A stretch of DNA of 64,000 nt from Caldimonas sp. (GTDB lineage Bacteria; Pseudomonadota; Gammaproteobacteria; Burkholderiales; Burkholderiaceae_C), in assembly GCA_965246805.1 (NCBI GenBank), contig CBDFFO010000010.1:181409-245408 (forward strand), read 5' to 3'. The notes below the pieces were generated by a model. That model ran no database searches. It had not been told where the DNA came from and was given only the letters and a program-made list of their open reading frames with translations. Position 1 is the stretch's first letter. Each line of letters starts with the position of its first letter. Positions 33,645 to 45,752 of the stretch are shown here, one piece after another. The translations under genes and the position numbers were made by a program.

Positions 33645-36600
33645 TCAAACTTGTCTGCATCGGCGCCGGTGCACGAGATACCAGACGGCCGGAATCACCA
33701 GCATGCTCAGCAGCGGTGCGGTCAGCATGCCGCCGACCATCGGCGCGGCGATTCGCGTCATCACTTCCGAGCCGGTTCCATGTCCGAACAGGATCGGCAG
33801 CAGGCCGGCCATCACGACGGCGACGGTCATCGCCTTCGGTCGGACGCGGAGCACGGCGCCTTCCCGGATGGCGGACAGCAGGGTGCTTTCATCGGCCGGC
33901 TCGCCGGCGGCGATGCGACGCGCGAGCGCATTCTTGAGATACACCAGCATCACGACACCGAACTCCGCGGCGACGCCCGCTAGCGCGATGAATCCGACGG
34001 CGGTGGCGACCGAGATGGAGTGTCCGAGGGACCAGACGAGCCAGCACCCGCCGATCAGTGAAAACGGCACTGCCGCCATCACCAGCGCTGCGTCGAGCGT
34101 CGACCCGAAGAGCACGAACAGCAGCACGAAGATCACTGCCAGCGTCACGGGCACCACGAGCTTGAGTCGCGCGGTCGCGCGCTCGAGATACTCGAATTGC
34201 CCCGACCAGCTGATCGCATACCCCGGCGGCAGCTTCACCGCCGAAGAAACTGCAGCCTGCATATCGGTCACGACGGAGCGCAGATCGCGCCCTCGCACGT
34301 CGACATAGACCCAGCCCGACAGCCTCGCGTTCTCGCTGCGCAACATCGGCGGCCCATCCTGCAATGTGATTCGCGCCACGTCGCGCAGCAGCACCTGCGC
34401 GCCCCGGGCGGTGACGAAGGGGAGTTCGCGAAGCCGCTCCAGCGAATCGCGGATCTCGCGCGGATAGCGAACGTTGATAGGGTAGCGTTCGCGACCCTGG
34501 ATCACTTCGCCCACGTTGTCGCCCCCGATGGCGGTGGCGACCACCGCCTGCACGTCGGCGACCGACAGGCCGCGGCGCGCCGCGGCGAGGCGGTCGACCT
34601 CCACGTCGACGTAGCGGCCGCCCGTGAGACGTTCGGCCAGTGCTGAACTCACGCCCGGAACGGCCCGGACGGCGGCTTCGATCTGGGTCGTCAGCCTGTC
34701 GATGGTGGCAAGGTCGGCGCCGCCGACCTTCACGCCCACCGGGCTCTTGATGCCCGTCGCCAGCATGTCGATCCGGTTGCGTATGGGCGGAACCCACACG
34801 TTGGTCAACCCGGGGACTTCGACCGCGCGGTCGAGTTCTTCGACGAGCTTGTCCGCTGTCATGCCGGCCCGCCATTCAGCGCGCGGCCTGAACTGGATCG
34901 TCGTCTCGAACATTTCCAGCGGTGCGGGGTCCGTGGCCGTGTCGGCGCGCCCTGCCTTGCCGAAAACGCGAGCCACTTCCGGCACCGTCTTGATGAGTCG
35001 ATCCGTCTGCTGCAGCAGCTGAGCGGCCTTCGCCACCGAGAGTCCCGGAAGCGCCGACGGCATGTAGAGCAGATCGCCTTCGTCCAGCGGGGGCATGAAC
35101 TCGCCGCCGAGGCGCGACGCGGGTATCACCGTCAACGCCAGCAGCAGCGCGGCCAGGCCGAGCGTCGCTTTAGGGAATCGCAGCACGGCGTTGAGCGCGG
35201 GCCGGTACACGGCCATCAGAAAGCGGTTGATCGGGTTCGACGCCTCGTGCGGAATTCGCCCGCGGATGAGGTAGCCCATGAGCACCGGCACGAGCGTCAC
35301 CGAAAGGCCGGCGGCGGAGGCCATGGCGTATGTCTTGGTGAACGCCAGCGGCGCGAAGAGGCGCCCCTCCTGCGCTTCGAGAGAAAACACCGGCACGAAC
35401 GACAGCGTGATGACCAGCAGCGAAAAGAAGAGCGCGGGCCCGACCTCGACACAGGCATCGGTCACGAGGTGCCAACGCTCGCTCGACGACGGCGGGCGTG
35501 CCGCTTTCGACTCGAATGCCTCGACATGCTTGTGCACGTTCTCGACCATCACGATCGAGGCGTCGACCATCGCGCCGATCGCGATCGCGATGCCGCCCAG
35601 CGACATGATGTTGGCGTTGACGCCCTGCCAGTGCATGACGGTGAATGCGGCCAGCACGCCGACCGGCAGCGCGACCACGGCGACCAGCGCGGAGCGGAGG
35701 TGAAAAAGAAACAACGCGCAGACCAGCGCCACCACGATGAATTCTTCCACCAGCTTGGAACGGAGGTTGTCGACAGCACGGTCGATCAGCAGCGAGCGGT
35801 CGTAGGTCGGCACGATCTCGACGCCCGCCGGCAGACTCGACTTCAACGCGTCGAGCTTGGCCTTGACGGCTTCGATCGTCGTGCGCGCGTTCTTGCCCGA
35901 GCGCATCACCACCACGCCACCCGCGACTTCGCCCTGGCCGTCGAGCTCCGCGACGCCACGTCTTGATTCCGGGCCGAGCTGGATCGTCGCCACATCGCGG
36001 AGCAAGACGGGTGTGGCGCCCGTGAGGGCCAGCGGAATGGCCCGAAAGTCATCGAGCGACTGCAGATAACCTCTGGAGCGCACCATGTATTCGGCCTCCG
36101 ACAGCTCGACCACCGATCCGCCCGCGGCCTGGTTGGCCTTCTGCAACGCATCGACCACCGTGGCCTGCGTGACACCCAGTCCACGCATCCGGTCCGGGTC
36201 GAGCACGACCTGGTACTGGCGCACCATGCCGCCGATGCTCGCCACCTCCGACACATCGGTGACGGTCTTCAGTTCGAACTTGAGAAACCAGTCGTTCAAG
36301 GCGCGCAGTTGTCCGAGGTCCTGATGTCCGGTGCGGTCGACGAGCGCGTATTCGTAGATCCATCCGACCCCCGTGGCGTCGGGCCCCAGCGCTGCGCTGG
36401 CACCGGGCGGTAGCCGGCCCTGAACCTGGTTCAGGTACTCCACGACGCGCGAGCGGGCCCAGTAGGGATCGGTCTTGTCGTCGAACAGCACATAGACGAA
36501 CGAGTCGCCGAAGAACGAGTAGCCGCGCACGGTCTTGACCCCCGGGACGCTCAACATCGTCGTCGTCAAGGGATAGGTGACGAGGTCCTCGACGAGTTGC

Positions 36601-36773
36601 GGCGCCTTGCCGGGATACGGCGTGCGCACGATGACCTGCACGTCGGAGAGATCGGGCAGCGCGTCGAGCGAGGTTCGCGACGCCGACCAAAGTCCGGCCG
36701 CTGCGATGAACGCCGTCGCCATCAGCACGAGCATCCGATTGCCTATCGACCAGCGGATCAACGCCGCGATCAC
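33645..36773 (-). CDS. cusA: CusA/SilA-family heavy-metal RND permease
   Basis: [51 protein letters not shown]. Confidence 0.95.
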   Translation of the reverse strand: MIAALIRWSIGNRMLVLMATAFIAAAGLWSASRTSLDALPDLSDVQVIVRTPYPGKAPQLVEDLVTYPLTTTMLSVPGVKTVRGYSFFGDSFVYVLFDDKTDPYWARSRVVEYLNQVQGRLPPGASAALGPDATGVGWIYEYALVDRTGHQDLGQLRALNDWFLKFELKTVTDVSEVASIGGMVRQYQVVLDPDRMRGLGVTQATVVDALQKANQAAGGSVVELSEAEYMVRSRGYLQSLDDFRAIPLALTGATPVLLRDVATIQLGPESRRGVAELDGQGEVAGGVVVMRSGKNARTTIEAVKAKLDALKSSLPAGVEIVPTYDRSLLIDRAVDNLRSKLVEEFIVVALVCALFLFHLRSALVAVVALPVGVLAAFTVMHWQGVNANIMSLGGIAIAIGAMVDASIVMVENVHKHVEAFESKAARPPSSSERWHLVTDACVEVGPALFFSLLVITLSFVPVFSLEAQEGRLFAPLAFTKTYAMASAAGLSVTLVPVLMGYLIRGRIPHEASNPINRFLMAVYRPALNAVLRFPKATLGLAALLLALTVIPASRLGGEFMPPLDEGDLLYMPSALPGLSVAKAAQLLQQTDRLIKTVPEVARVFGKAGRADTATDPAPLEMFETTIQFRPRAEWRAGMTADKLVEELDRAVEVPGLTNVWVPPIRNRIDMLATGIKSPVGVKVGGADLATIDRLTTQIEAAVRAVPGVSSALAERLTGGRYVDVEVDRLAAARRGLSVADVQAVVATAIGGDNVGEVIQGRERYPINVRYPREIRDSLERLRELPFVTARGAQVLLRDVARITLQDGPPMLRSENARLSGWVYVDVRGRDLRSVVTDMQAAVSSAVKLPPGYAISWSGQFEYLERATARLKLVVPVTLAVIFVLLFVLFGSTLDAALVMAAVPFSLIGGCWLVWSLGHSISVATAVGFIALAGVAAEFGVVMLVYLKNALARRIAAGEPADESTLLSAIREGAVLRVRPKAMTVAVVMAGLLPILFGHGTGSEVMTRIAAPMVGGMLTAPLLSMLVIPAVWYLVHRRRCRQV

Positions 36774-38272
36774 CGGCCCGCTCCCGCGAGCTTCTCGACC
36801 TTGACCAGCTCGTACCCCGATGGACCGCCCGCTTTGAACTGGAAGCGAACCCGGTCACCCCGCTGGATGCCGGCGAAAGCGGCCGGGTTCGATTTCGCGA
36901 ACCCCATCGTCATCGCCGGCCATTGCAGCGAGGCGACGGGCCCATGCGAGATCGTGAGGGCTTCGCGCGTCGCTTGTTCGACGCTGCCTTCGGCGGTGTG
37001 GAGGGCCTCTGGCGCGGATGCCGCGGCCGACGAGGCCGCCGCAGCGAGGGGGGTGGCGAGGTTGCCGAGCGCCGAGCGGAGGCCGGCTTCCGAGTCGATC
37101 AGAAACTGACCGCTCGCCACGACCTGCTCACCTTCGCGCAGCCCGCTCGTGACCTCGATGTCGTCGCCGGCTTCGGCACCGATCGACACGTCGCGCGGCT
37201 CGAAGCCACCCTTGTCGTTCCTGACGATCACCACCGCGCGCGTGCCGGTGCGGATCACGGCTTCGCTCGCCACGACCAGTCGTGCACTGGCCGTGCCCTG
37301 CAAGCGCAGACGCAGCAGCATGCCCGGCGTCAGCTGGCCCTGCCGGTTGTCGACCACGATTCGCGCCTTGAGGGTTCTGGTCGAGGCATCGACCTGGGGG
37401 ATGATTTCCGCGAGCACCCCGTCGAACGTGCGGGCGGCATCGGCCTGCAGGGTCGCCGTGATCTTCTGGCGAGGTCTCAGGCGAAGCGCCTGCGCTTCGG
37501 GAACGTCTGCCACCGCCCAGACGGTGTCGAGCCCGGCGATCCGGAACAGCGTCATGCCCGGCGCGACCGCAACGCCTTCGCGAACTCCGAGCTCCGCCAC
37601 GACGCCGTTCATGGGCGACGAGAGGGTATATCGTGCCTGGGCGACACCGGCGGCCTCGCTCTGGCGCACCAGTTCACCGGGAATCGACATGGCTTTCAAG
37701 CGCTCGCGTGCCGCGGCGACCAGATCGGCGGAAACGCCGGCGCGTTGCAGTGCGAGGAGCTCGCTCAGCGGGCCGAGCCAGTCGGGCGCGAAAACGGTGG
37801 CCAGTGCCTGTCCCTTGTGCACGCGCTCCATCGGGGCACGCACCGCCAAGCGTTCCACGTAACCCGCTACCCGCGTCTGTACCGATGTGCTCAGCCGCTC
37901 GTTGAACTGTACGGTGCCGATCGCGTCGAACGACGCCGACACATCGGCCCGCCGCACCCGTGCGTAGCGGATCCCCAGGTTCTGCTGCACGCCCGGCGTG
38001 ATCGCCACGCCAGTCGAGGCGCTTTCGCTTTCCGCGTACACCGGCACGAGCTGCATGTCCATGAAAGGCGACTTGCCTGGCTTGTCGAACCGTTGGGCAG
38101 GAACCATCGGGTCGTGCCAGTAGAGAACTTTGCGGCTCGCTTCGGCGCTGGCAGGCGTCGGCGCGCGCACGTTGTCGGCGCTCACGGACCGGGATGCGCG
38201 CCCGGCATAGAACGACCCCGCCAGCAGCGCGAGCGCAACGACCAGTCCGGCTGCCCAAGGCACGCGCTTCAC
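36770..38272 (-). CDS. cusB: CusB-family periplasmic adaptor with fused C-terminal CusF domain
   Basis: LYWHDPMVP...[14 protein letters not shown]; C-terminal [18 protein letters not shown]. Confidence 0.9.
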   Translation of the reverse strand: MKRVPWAAGLVVALALLAGSFYAGRASRSVSADNVRAPTPASAEASRKVLYWHDPMVPAQRFDKPGKSPFMDMQLVPVYAESESASTGVAITPGVQQNLGIRYARVRRADVSASFDAIGTVQFNERLSTSVQTRVAGYVERLAVRAPMERVHKGQALATVFAPDWLGPLSELLALQRAGVSADLVAAARERLKAMSIPGELVRQSEAAGVAQARYTLSSPMNGVVAELGVREGVAVAPGMTLFRIAGLDTVWAVADVPEAQALRLRPRQKITATLQADAARTFDGVLAEIIPQVDASTRTLKARIVVDNRQGQLTPGMLLRLRLQGTASARLVVASEAVIRTGTRAVVIVRNDKGGFEPRDVSIGAEAGDDIEVTSGLREGEQVVASGQFLIDSEAGLRSALGNLATPLAAAASSAAASAPEALHTAEGSVEQATREALTISHGPVASLQWPAMTMGFAKSNPAAFAGIQRGDRVRFQFKAGGPSGYELVKVEKLAGAGR

Positions 38273-39501
38273 GATGCGGCTCCAGGCTCTAGAGGCCGCA
38301 ATCGCAACTGGAGCGTGGCTTTGGCCAGTTCGCGTTGCAGCGACAGCAGCTTGCGCTGCGCTTCGATTTCCGCATGCCGGGCCTCGAAGAGCACGGCCAG
38401 CGTCGTCTGGTTCGCGGCGTAACCCGCCGTCGCCACGCCGATTCGTTGCGTGGCCGGCTCGACGACGCCGGTCCGAAAGCGCGCGATCCTGTCTTGCAGG
38501 CGTTGGCTGTCACTCGTCCATGCGCGGTATTGCGCAGCGGCTGCTCGCAAGGCCTCGGCGGCGTCGGCCTCTGCCATGTCGACCAAGGCAAGCTTGGCGG
38601 CCGTATCCCGGTCCTGCCGATCCTCGCGCGACAACGGGATCGGAATGCTCACGCCAAAAGACAGCATGTCCGAATAGCCGGCGCGCTGGCCGTAAGACAC
38701 GCCCCAGGTCCAGTTCGGATTGCGTTCGGCGGCGGTCACCGCGGCTTCTCGTCTGGCAACCTCGACCGCCTGCATCGATGCCAGAACGACCGGATGCGCC
38801 GCGACGAAGTCTTCCTCGGACGGCGGCATCGGCCCGACGGGCGAAGACAACGCGTCGACGTGGACGCCGACCCAGCGTTCCAGCAGAACCAGCGCGGCGC
38901 TTTGCTCTTGCCGCACCTGGGCCGATTCATCGTCGGCCGCACCGCGTGCGCCCGTCAATGCCAGGACCTCCTGGCTGCCGAGCGTCGACGCGGCAAACCG
39001 TGCCTTCGCCGCGTCGAGTTCTTCGTGGGCGTGGTGCGCCATGAGCTCCGTCAGTCGAAGTGCCTCGCCGGCGTAGAACGCATCGACGTAGGCCATCGCT
39101 GTTTGCAGCCGGGTGTCGCTGACCGCCATGCGTACCTGGATGGCCCCGCGCTGCACCGCTGCTTCGGCCGCGGCCGTGCGCGCCGCGCGTTTTTCACGCG
39201 AGAGCCATTCCTGGTTGATGCCGATGCGCTTCATCGTCATCGAGTCACGGGTCGTGCTCAGCCGATCCGGCCCGGTGATCGGCAGGTTCTCGACACCGGC
39301 GCTCAGTGTCGGATCGGGCAGCCGGGCCGCGCCGCGCGCGACCTCGGTGGCGCTCAGCCGCGCCGCTTCGCTCGATCGGACGGTCTGCGACCGGGCGACG
39401 GCGAGTTCAAGCGCCGCCTCGAGGCCAAGGGTCGCGCTGTGCGCCGAGATCGGAATGAACGCAGCAGCGCATAGAGCCGCGCGCAAAGAGGAGATGTCCA
39501 T
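38269..39501 (-). CDS. TolC/CusC-like outer membrane factor
   Basis: Signal peptide, LPDPTLSAGVENLP, MKRIGINQEW; in operon with cusBA. Confidence 0.85.
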   Translation of the reverse strand: MDISSLRAALCAAAFIPISAHSATLGLEAALELAVARSQTVRSSEAARLSATEVARGAARLPDPTLSAGVENLPITGPDRLSTTRDSMTMKRIGINQEWLSREKRAARTAAAEAAVQRGAIQVRMAVSDTRLQTAMAYVDAFYAGEALRLTELMAHHAHEELDAAKARFAASTLGSQEVLALTGARGAADDESAQVRQEQSAALVLLERWVGVHVDALSSPVGPMPPSEEDFVAAHPVVLASMQAVEVARREAAVTAAERNPNWTWGVSYGQRAGYSDMLSFGVSIPIPLSREDRQDRDTAAKLALVDMAEADAAEALRAAAAQYRAWTSDSQRLQDRIARFRTGVVEPATQRIGVATAGYAANQTTLAVLFEARHAEIEAQRKLLSLQRELAKATLQLRLRPLEPGAAS

Positions 39502-39573
39502 GAAGACTCCGCAGAAAAAACGATGACGTAAAGCGGGAGAAGCCGCTTCAGCACCTGTCGGTCAGCGGAGAAA

Positions 39574-39957
39574 TCAGACCCTGAGTCTGAGTGTGGACAA
39601 GAAAAGGGGATCGGGTGGCGGCTGCTGTTCCGCCTCCAGGCCGCGAGGGCGAACGGCGGCCGCGCGGATAGCCAAGGCCTTGGGTACGAGCAGAACCGGA
39701 ACGACGGCAGGCAACGGCGCCACGGCGTCGTGCTGCGCGACGATGTTCACCGCATCGACGACATGCTGGTAGCAAAGGGCAGGCTGCTGGAGATCGACGG
39801 CGTCGCAAGGAAGCGCGGTCATCTTCATGCCGTCCATCGCTCGAGTCTCGACTCGACTCGAGCAGACGTAGCTGGCAAGCGCCATCTGCGCAAAAAGCAA
39901 TGCCATGACCGCGATGAGAGCGGTCTTGAGGCGTCGCAGGCGAGGGCGGGCTGACAT
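39574..39957 (-). CDS. Small Cys/His-containing protein leading the cus operon (CopL/CzcI-like)
   Basis: LFAQMALASYVC, MDGMKM, PCD...LCYQH, C-terminal PLFLSTLRLRV. Confidence 0.65.
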   Translation of the reverse strand: MSARPRLRRLKTALIAVMALLFAQMALASYVCSSRVETRAMDGMKMTALPCDAVDLQQPALCYQHVVDAVNIVAQHDAVAPLPAVVPVLLVPKALAIRAAAVRPRGLEAEQQPPPDPLFLSTLRLRV

Positions 39958-40283
39958 GAAGACGCAGTGTAGTCGGAGGGGCCGATGGCGGTTGACACGA
40001 TGGCGCTTGACACCGTGGCGGATGGCAGGAATGGCCTCTTGGCATCCCCGAGCGCTGCCGATCGGCTGATCGCCGCCTTGCCGGGCGGCGACCTGCTGCC
40101 CGACGACATGCGGCAGCGCCTGATCACCTTCTTGCGCGACACGATCTAGAAAATCACACAGATCGGCCTGGCGGCGGTGGGCATCGTGCAGTCACAGGTC
40201 AACGCGTCGGGGGAACGTTCGAGCTGGTCTGCGACAAGGCCCCTAGCCCTTGGAGGGCCCGGATCTCCAATGCGCGATCAGGC

Positions 40284-43070
40284 TCACTTGAAGGTGTACG
40301 ACGCGGTGACGTACACGAACCGACCGCGCACATCGGTGTAGCTCAGGTCGTATCCGCCGACGAAGCCCGCACCGTAATTGGTGTACGGCGGATCCTTGTC
40401 GAACAGATTCTTGATGCCCAGGCTGAGGCGGGTCGAATCGAAACCGCTGTACGAGACCTGGGCATCGTAGGTCGAGTAGTCGCCAACCTTGCGCGGCCGG
40501 ACGGTGGCCGGCTGAAGGCTGGTCCGCAGGTCGTGGTATCCGACCTGGTAGTTTTGTGCCGCCGTCACGGCCCAGGGCCCGTTCGACCACGTGCCGTTCA
40601 ACGCATAGCGCCACCGCAGCACCACGCCGATGCCGATCGCGGCGGGCTGGTTGATCGCGGAGCTGAAGCTGCCATCGAGGTTCTGCTGGTCGTAACTCGA
40701 AATGTAGGTGCCGTTGAATTGCACGACGACGCGATCTTCCGGTGTCGCCTGGATACGCCCCTTCAAATCGACGTCGAATCCGCGCACATTCGTCTTGCCC
40801 AGGTTGGTCAACGACTGGTTGATGCCGATGATTGGACCGACGCCGCTCGGATTTCCGTCCGGCGCGCCGCGCACGATGTAATTGGCGTACGTGACCGGAT
40901 TGCCCAGGATCGTGGCCGTCGACAGCCCGGTCCTGATCACGTCCTTGACGGAGATGTGGAAGAAATCGACCCCCGCCGAATAATTCTTGATCGGCTCGAA
41001 CACCACGCCGAATGTCGTCGACTTCGATTTCTCGGGATGCAGCGCAGGATTACCGCCGCCGAGCGTCACGAACTGGGTGCTGCAATCGATCAGGCCCGAG
41101 GTGCCGATGGGGCAGCGCACGAGGTCGCGACTGCCGTTGCTCGTGATGCCGCGGGCCGCCGGCTGATAGAGGTCGACGAGCGTCGGTGCGCGAAAGCCGG
41201 TGCCGATCGATCCCCGCATCAGGACCGGTTCGATCGGTTGCCAACGCAGCGATGCTTTGGGATTGACCGTGTTGCCGACGTTCTGGTAATTGTCGTAGCG
41301 AACGGCGGCGTCGGCATCGAGGCCGTGCAAAATGGGAATGCCCAATTCCGCGTAGGTCGACCCGACGCGCCGCGTGGCGTTGACAGGGACCCCGGCCGCG
41401 CCGAAGCCCGACACCAGGAACTGCTTGTTGGCGTCGCTCGGGTTGATGTCGAGTTTCTCGCTGCGAAGCTCCGCGCCGACCGCCAGACTCATCATGCCGG
41501 CGGGCAGCTTGTAGACGTCTCGCGAGGCCTTGGCATCGATGCTGGTGATCGACGTGGTGGTGGTGTTGAAGAGGCCGTTGAAGTTGCTGTCCATCGCGGC
41601 GGCGAGGGCTGTCGGGTCGGTGGTCGGACCGAACGGATTGATCACGCCGGTGTTCAGCAGGTTCAGATACTTGTCGGTCTGCGCCCAACCCTGTTTCAGC
41701 GAGGTCGCGATTTTGTTGCGGCTGTAGAGAAGCCCGGTGTCGTAATCCCAGTCGAAAGCCGTGCCGCGAAGCCCGCCGACCGCGCGGATGTTGTCTGCCA
41801 CGTCCTCGGTCTTGCGCACGCCGGTCGGTATCGAACGGAACAGCAGGACGAGCGGCTGGCCGGTCAGGCCGTTCGCATTCGCGAACGTCGTCGGGTAATA
41901 CGGACTCGTCGGCGGCAGCAGCGCCCAGGCGCCGCCAATCAGATTTCTCAATTGAGGGAACTGCGGGTACTGCGTATTGATCAGGTTGGTGAGCGACGCG
42001 ATATAGGGACTGCCCGCGGGCAGCGCCGCTCCGTTGATGAGCACGTGCTGCTGCGTGTTGAGCGTCTTGTTGCGGGTGAAACTCGATTCGAGGTAGGCCT
42101 CGACCGAGCTCGACACCTTGAATCGAGCCGTCGCGGCGACATTGGCCAGCTTGTTCTCGGGCTCGAGCGCAATGTATGGCGCGTTGTCGTACCGGCAGAG
42201 CCCGGGGCTCAATGGCGAGACGAGCGAATAAGGCCCGCAATCCGGGTAATTGGGACTCCTCAAGGTGCCGTTGGGCAGTCTTACATTGGCGGGAAATGCC
42301 GTCGAGCTGGTCTTGTCGAGTTGTTCGGCGACGTCGATGTTCTTCGCGAAGGAACGACTCGATCCGAAGATCGGGCGCGTGCTCGAATAACTGCCGGTGA
42401 GCGTGACGCTGTAGCGGTCGGTGTCGATATTGCCGAAGCCGTTGATCACCGAAAGCCGAGCTTCGGTGCCGCCGCCACTGCGGGTCGGAACGCCCACCGT
42501 CGACGAGATTTCGGTTCCGGAAAACTCGCGACGCAGGATGAAATTGACGACGCCCGCGATGGCGTCGCTGCCGTAGATGGCCGATGAGCCGTCTTTCAGG
42601 ACCTCGACCCGTTCGATCGCCGCGATCGGAATGGTGCTGATGTCGACCGCCGACGTGCCGCCGGCCGGTGCGCTGCGCCGGCCGTTGATCAGCACGAGCG
42701 TGCGTGCCGTGCCCAAGCCGCGCAATGAAATCAGCGACACCGAATTGCCTCCGCCTTGCCCACCCCCCGCACCAGAGTTGGCCACGTTCGTGCTTCCCAG
42801 CGTGGACGATGCGGAAATGGTCTTGAGCAATTGCTCGGCGTTGGACACGCCGGTCCGTTGAATGTCCTGCCGCGTGAGGATCTGGACCGGGAGTGCCGTC
42901 TCTCCGGATATCTGCTTGATGGACGAGCCCGTGATCTCGACGCGCTCCAACTGCTGCGAATCGGCCGAGGACGTGCCTTGCGCATGCGCTGCTGCGGCCA
43001 TCGCGAAAACCGCGGGGAACGCCTGACGGGCGACGCGGATGGAATGACGGAGGTTCTTCGAGCGATGCAT
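40284..43070 (-). CDS. TonB-dependent receptor
   Basis: TonB box ERVEITGS, plug IERVEVLKDGSSAIYGSDAIAGVVNFI, C-terminal GRFVYVTASYTF. Confidence 0.95.
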   Translation of the reverse strand: MHRSKNLRHSIRVARQAFPAVFAMAAAAHAQGTSSADSQQLERVEITGSSIKQISGETALPVQILTRQDIQRTGVSNAEQLLKTISASSTLGSTNVANSGAGGGQGGGNSVSLISLRGLGTARTLVLINGRRSAPAGGTSAVDISTIPIAAIERVEVLKDGSSAIYGSDAIAGVVNFILRREFSGTEISSTVGVPTRSGGGTEARLSVINGFGNIDTDRYSVTLTGSYSSTRPIFGSSRSFAKNIDVAEQLDKTSSTAFPANVRLPNGTLRSPNYPDCGPYSLVSPLSPGLCRYDNAPYIALEPENKLANVAATARFKVSSSVEAYLESSFTRNKTLNTQQHVLINGAALPAGSPYIASLTNLINTQYPQFPQLRNLIGGAWALLPPTSPYYPTTFANANGLTGQPLVLLFRSIPTGVRKTEDVADNIRAVGGLRGTAFDWDYDTGLLYSRNKIATSLKQGWAQTDKYLNLLNTGVINPFGPTTDPTALAAAMDSNFNGLFNTTTTSITSIDAKASRDVYKLPAGMMSLAVGAELRSEKLDINPSDANKQFLVSGFGAAGVPVNATRRVGSTYAELGIPILHGLDADAAVRYDNYQNVGNTVNPKASLRWQPIEPVLMRGSIGTGFRAPTLVDLYQPAARGITSNGSRDLVRCPIGTSGLIDCSTQFVTLGGGNPALHPEKSKSTTFGVVFEPIKNYSAGVDFFHISVKDVIRTGLSTATILGNPVTYANYIVRGAPDGNPSGVGPIIGINQSLTNLGKTNVRGFDVDLKGRIQATPEDRVVVQFNGTYISSYDQQNLDGSFSSAINQPAAIGIGVVLRWRYALNGTWSNGPWAVTAAQNYQVGYHDLRTSLQPATVRPRKVGDYSTYDAQVSYSGFDSTRLSLGIKNLFDKDPPYTNYGAGFVGGYDLSYTDVRGRFVYVTASYTFK

Positions 43071-43120
43071 CTTTGCCCTTCGAGTAAGTGTCTGGTCCAA
43101 ATCGATTGGCGGTGCGATGG

Positions 43121-43135
43121 GCAATTAGAGTGCCA
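43121..43135 (-). promoter_or_regulatory. Sigma54 -24/-12 promoter for the TonB receptor
   Basis: Minus strand TGGCAC-TCTAA-TTGC, an exact consensus match about 50 nt upstream of the ATG. Confidence 0.75.
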
Positions 43136-43217
43136 GCTCAGACCGGCTTTGACGTCGCGCAGCGCTTTCACATGTTGCGGCAACTATGATGATCCGAAGC
43201 ATCGATAAGGACCTCAC

Positions 43218-44687
43218 ATGAACGAAATGAAACGGCCAGAAACCCATCGTGGTGTTGTTTTGATGTGCATGGTGTGGGCCGCAGTGGGCCTTGCCGGCTG
43301 CGCGGGATCGGACGTGTTGAATCGCGCGCCGCCGGCAGCGCTCGATCCCGACATCGAGTCGGCTGTGGCCGACATTTCTGCGCAGCGGATCGAGCGCAAC
43401 ATCCGCGGCCTGGTGCAGTTCGGGACGCGCCACACGCTGTCTGAGTCGGGTTCCGACACGCGTGGCATCGGCGCGGCAAGCCGTTGGATCGAAAGTGAAT
43501 TGAAGGCTTGTTCGGCCAGGACCGGGGGTCGGCTTCAGGTCGGCATGGACCGCCATGTCGTGGCGGCGGGGCCGCGGGTTCCGAGTGCCACCCCGCTGGT
43601 GAATGTGGTCGCGACGCTGCCTGGGGTCGATCCGCAGTCGGCGAAGCGGATCCTGGTCGTCAGTGGTCATTACGATTCGCGGGTCAGCGACATCATGAAT
43701 TCGACGGCCGACGCGCCGGGCGCCAACGACGACGCGTCGGGTGTCGCGGCGATGATGGAAATGGCGTGCGTGATGGCGTCGCATCGGTACGAGGCCACGC
43801 TGGTGTTCATGGCGGTGGCCGGCGAAGAGCAGGGCTTGCTCGGCGCCGAGCAGTGGGCCGAGGACGCGCGGCGGCACGGCCTGCAGGTGGAGGCAATGAT
43901 CACCAACGACATCATCGGCAGCCCGGTCGGCGATGCGGGGCAGCGCGACGCGCATCAGGTCCGGCTCTTCGCCGACGGTCTCGCGCCGCTGCTGCAGACG
44001 GCGCTGCGGCCGCGAGGTGCGGGTTTGCCGAGCGACGACGATTCGACGGTCGAGTCGCTGCGTGCCGACATCCTCTCTCGCGTCCGGACCGGGGGCGCGG
44101 CCGACTTCGCGACCAACCAGCTCGGTCGCCAACTGAAGGAGGTCGGCGAGCGCTATGTCCCGGGATTCACGGTCCATCTGATCCAGCGACCCGACCGTTA
44201 TCTGCGCGGCGGCGATCACATGGCGTTCCTGTCGCGGGGGTTCGCCGCGGTCCGTTTCACTGAGCCGTTCGAGAACTTCGCGCACCAGCACCAGGACCTT
44301 CGCACCGAGGGCGGTGTCCAGTACGGCGACCTGCCCGAGTTCGTCGATTTCCGCTACGTGGCCGACGTGGCGCGCATCAACCTCGCGGGCCTGGCCACGC
44401 TCGCGCACGCACCGAGCGCTCCGCTGCACGCGAGCATCGAAACGGTGGAGCTCGTCAACGACAGCACGCTGCACTGGGATGCAAGTCCGGAGGCACACGT
44501 CGCGGGCTACCGTGTGGTTTGGCGCGACACCGGTTCGCCGATCTGGCAAGGCCGGCGCGATGTGGGTCTCGTGACCCGCGCCACGTTGCCGATCTCGAAG
44601 GACAACGTGATCTTCGGCGTGCAGGCGCTGGACCGACGTGGCAACGCCAGCCTGGCGGCATACCCGCTGCCGGCGTCGCGACGGTGA
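43218..44687 (+). CDS. M28-family Zn metallopeptidase (lipoprotein-like signal, C-terminal Fn3-like domain)
   Basis: LAGC lipobox, SGHYDS, GANDDASG, GEEQGL, NDIIG, GGDH. Confidence 0.88.
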   Translation: MNEMKRPETHRGVVLMCMVWAAVGLAGCAGSDVLNRAPPAALDPDIESAVADISAQRIERNIRGLVQFGTRHTLSESGSDTRGIGAASRWIESELKACSARTGGRLQVGMDRHVVAAGPRVPSATPLVNVVATLPGVDPQSAKRILVVSGHYDSRVSDIMNSTADAPGANDDASGVAAMMEMACVMASHRYEATLVFMAVAGEEQGLLGAEQWAEDARRHGLQVEAMITNDIIGSPVGDAGQRDAHQVRLFADGLAPLLQTALRPRGAGLPSDDDSTVESLRADILSRVRTGGAADFATNQLGRQLKEVGERYVPGFTVHLIQRPDRYLRGGDHMAFLSRGFAAVRFTEPFENFAHQHQDLRTEGGVQYGDLPEFVDFRYVADVARINLAGLATLAHAPSAPLHASIETVELVNDSTLHWDASPEAHVAGYRVVWRDTGSPIWQGRRDVGLVTRATLPISKDNVIFGVQALDRRGNASLAAYPLPASRR

Positions 44688-44723
44688 GTCGCGCCCCCGA
44701 CACCGGATCGTGAAGCGATCCCG

Positions 44724-45752
44724 CTAAGCATGCAGATCCGCCGGCCGCGGGCTCTCGGGCAAGGCGAACGTGGTTGCTCCTGCCGGGGCCCGATTCTCGG
44801 GGTGCCAGCAGGCGAACGCGGCGCTGCCGTCGCGCTGCATCGGTGGTTGCTGCTCGCGGCAACGAGCCGAGGCCGACGCGCAACGCGGCGCGAACGCGCA
44901 GCCCGGTGGCAACGCGGCGAGGTCGGGCGGCGCGCCGGCGATGGTCGGCAACCGGTGGCCGCGATGGGCGGCCGTGACGGTCGATGCGAGCAGCCCGACG
45001 GTGTAGGGATGGCGCGGCGCCGTGAGGATGTCGGCCACTGCCTTCTCCTCGACGATGCGGCCGGCATACATCACCGCGATGCGGTCGGCCACCTCGACCG
45101 CGGCGCCGATGTCGTGCGTCACGAAGATCACCGACATGCCGAACTCGCGCTGCAGCTCGCGCAGCAGGAGCAGGATTTGGATCTGCACGGTGGCGTCGAG
45201 CGCGGTGGTCGGCTCGTCGGCAAGCAGCAGCCTGGGTCGGCAGGCGAGCGCGAGGGCGATCATCGCCCGCTGGCGCATGCCGCCGGAGAGCTCGTGCACG
45301 TAGGCATCAAGCCTTCGCTGCGCCTGAGGAATCTGCACCCGTTCGAGCATCTGCAACGCGCGAGCCCGCGCCGCCGCGTGGCCGATGCCCTCGTGCGCGC
45401 GCACGGCCTGCGCGATCTGGTCACCGATCGTGTAGACCGGATCGAACGCGAGGCCGGGCTCCTGGAACACCATCGAGACCGCGCCACCGCGGTACTGCTG
45501 CAGCTCGCGGCCGCGCAACGCCAGCACATCGCTGCCGCCGAGTTCGATGCGTCCGGTGATGAGCGTGCGCGTCGGCGCATGCAGGCGCAGCAGCGTGCGC
45601 AGCGTGACGCTCTTGCCGCAACCCGATTCGCCGAGCAGCGCCAGCACTTCGCCGTGGCCGACGTCGAAGCTGACGTCGGTCAGTGCCTGTGCAGTGCGCT
45701 CGCCGATGAACTGCACACCCAGGTTTCGGACTGAGAGCAGCGGCGGCGTCAT
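44724..45752 (-). CDS. Dpp/Opp ABC ATP-binding subunit
   Basis: [25 protein letters not shown]. Confidence 0.92.
   Translation of the reverse strand: MTPPLLSVRNLGVQFIGERTAQALTDVSFDVGHGEVLALLGESGCGKSVTLRTLLRLHAPTRTLITGRIELGGSDVLALRGRELQQYRGGAVSMVFQEPGLAFDPVYTIGDQIAQAVRAHEGIGHAAARARALQMLERVQIPQAQRRLDAYVHELSGGMRQRAMIALALACRPRLLLADEPTTALDATVQIQILLLLRELQREFGMSVIFVTHDIGAAVEVADRIAVMYAGRIVEEKAVADILTAPRHPYTVGLLASTVTAAHRGHRLPTIAGAPPDLAALPPGCAFAPRCASASARCREQQPPMQRDGSAAFACWHPENRAPAGATTFALPESPRPADLHA

Noticed and set aside
33353-39957. cus cluster as cargo of the ssrA island
   Set aside because: attR and the right arm repeats lie before it (33256-33352), and I found no further ssrA 3' copy downstream. 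It may be a separate accessory block.
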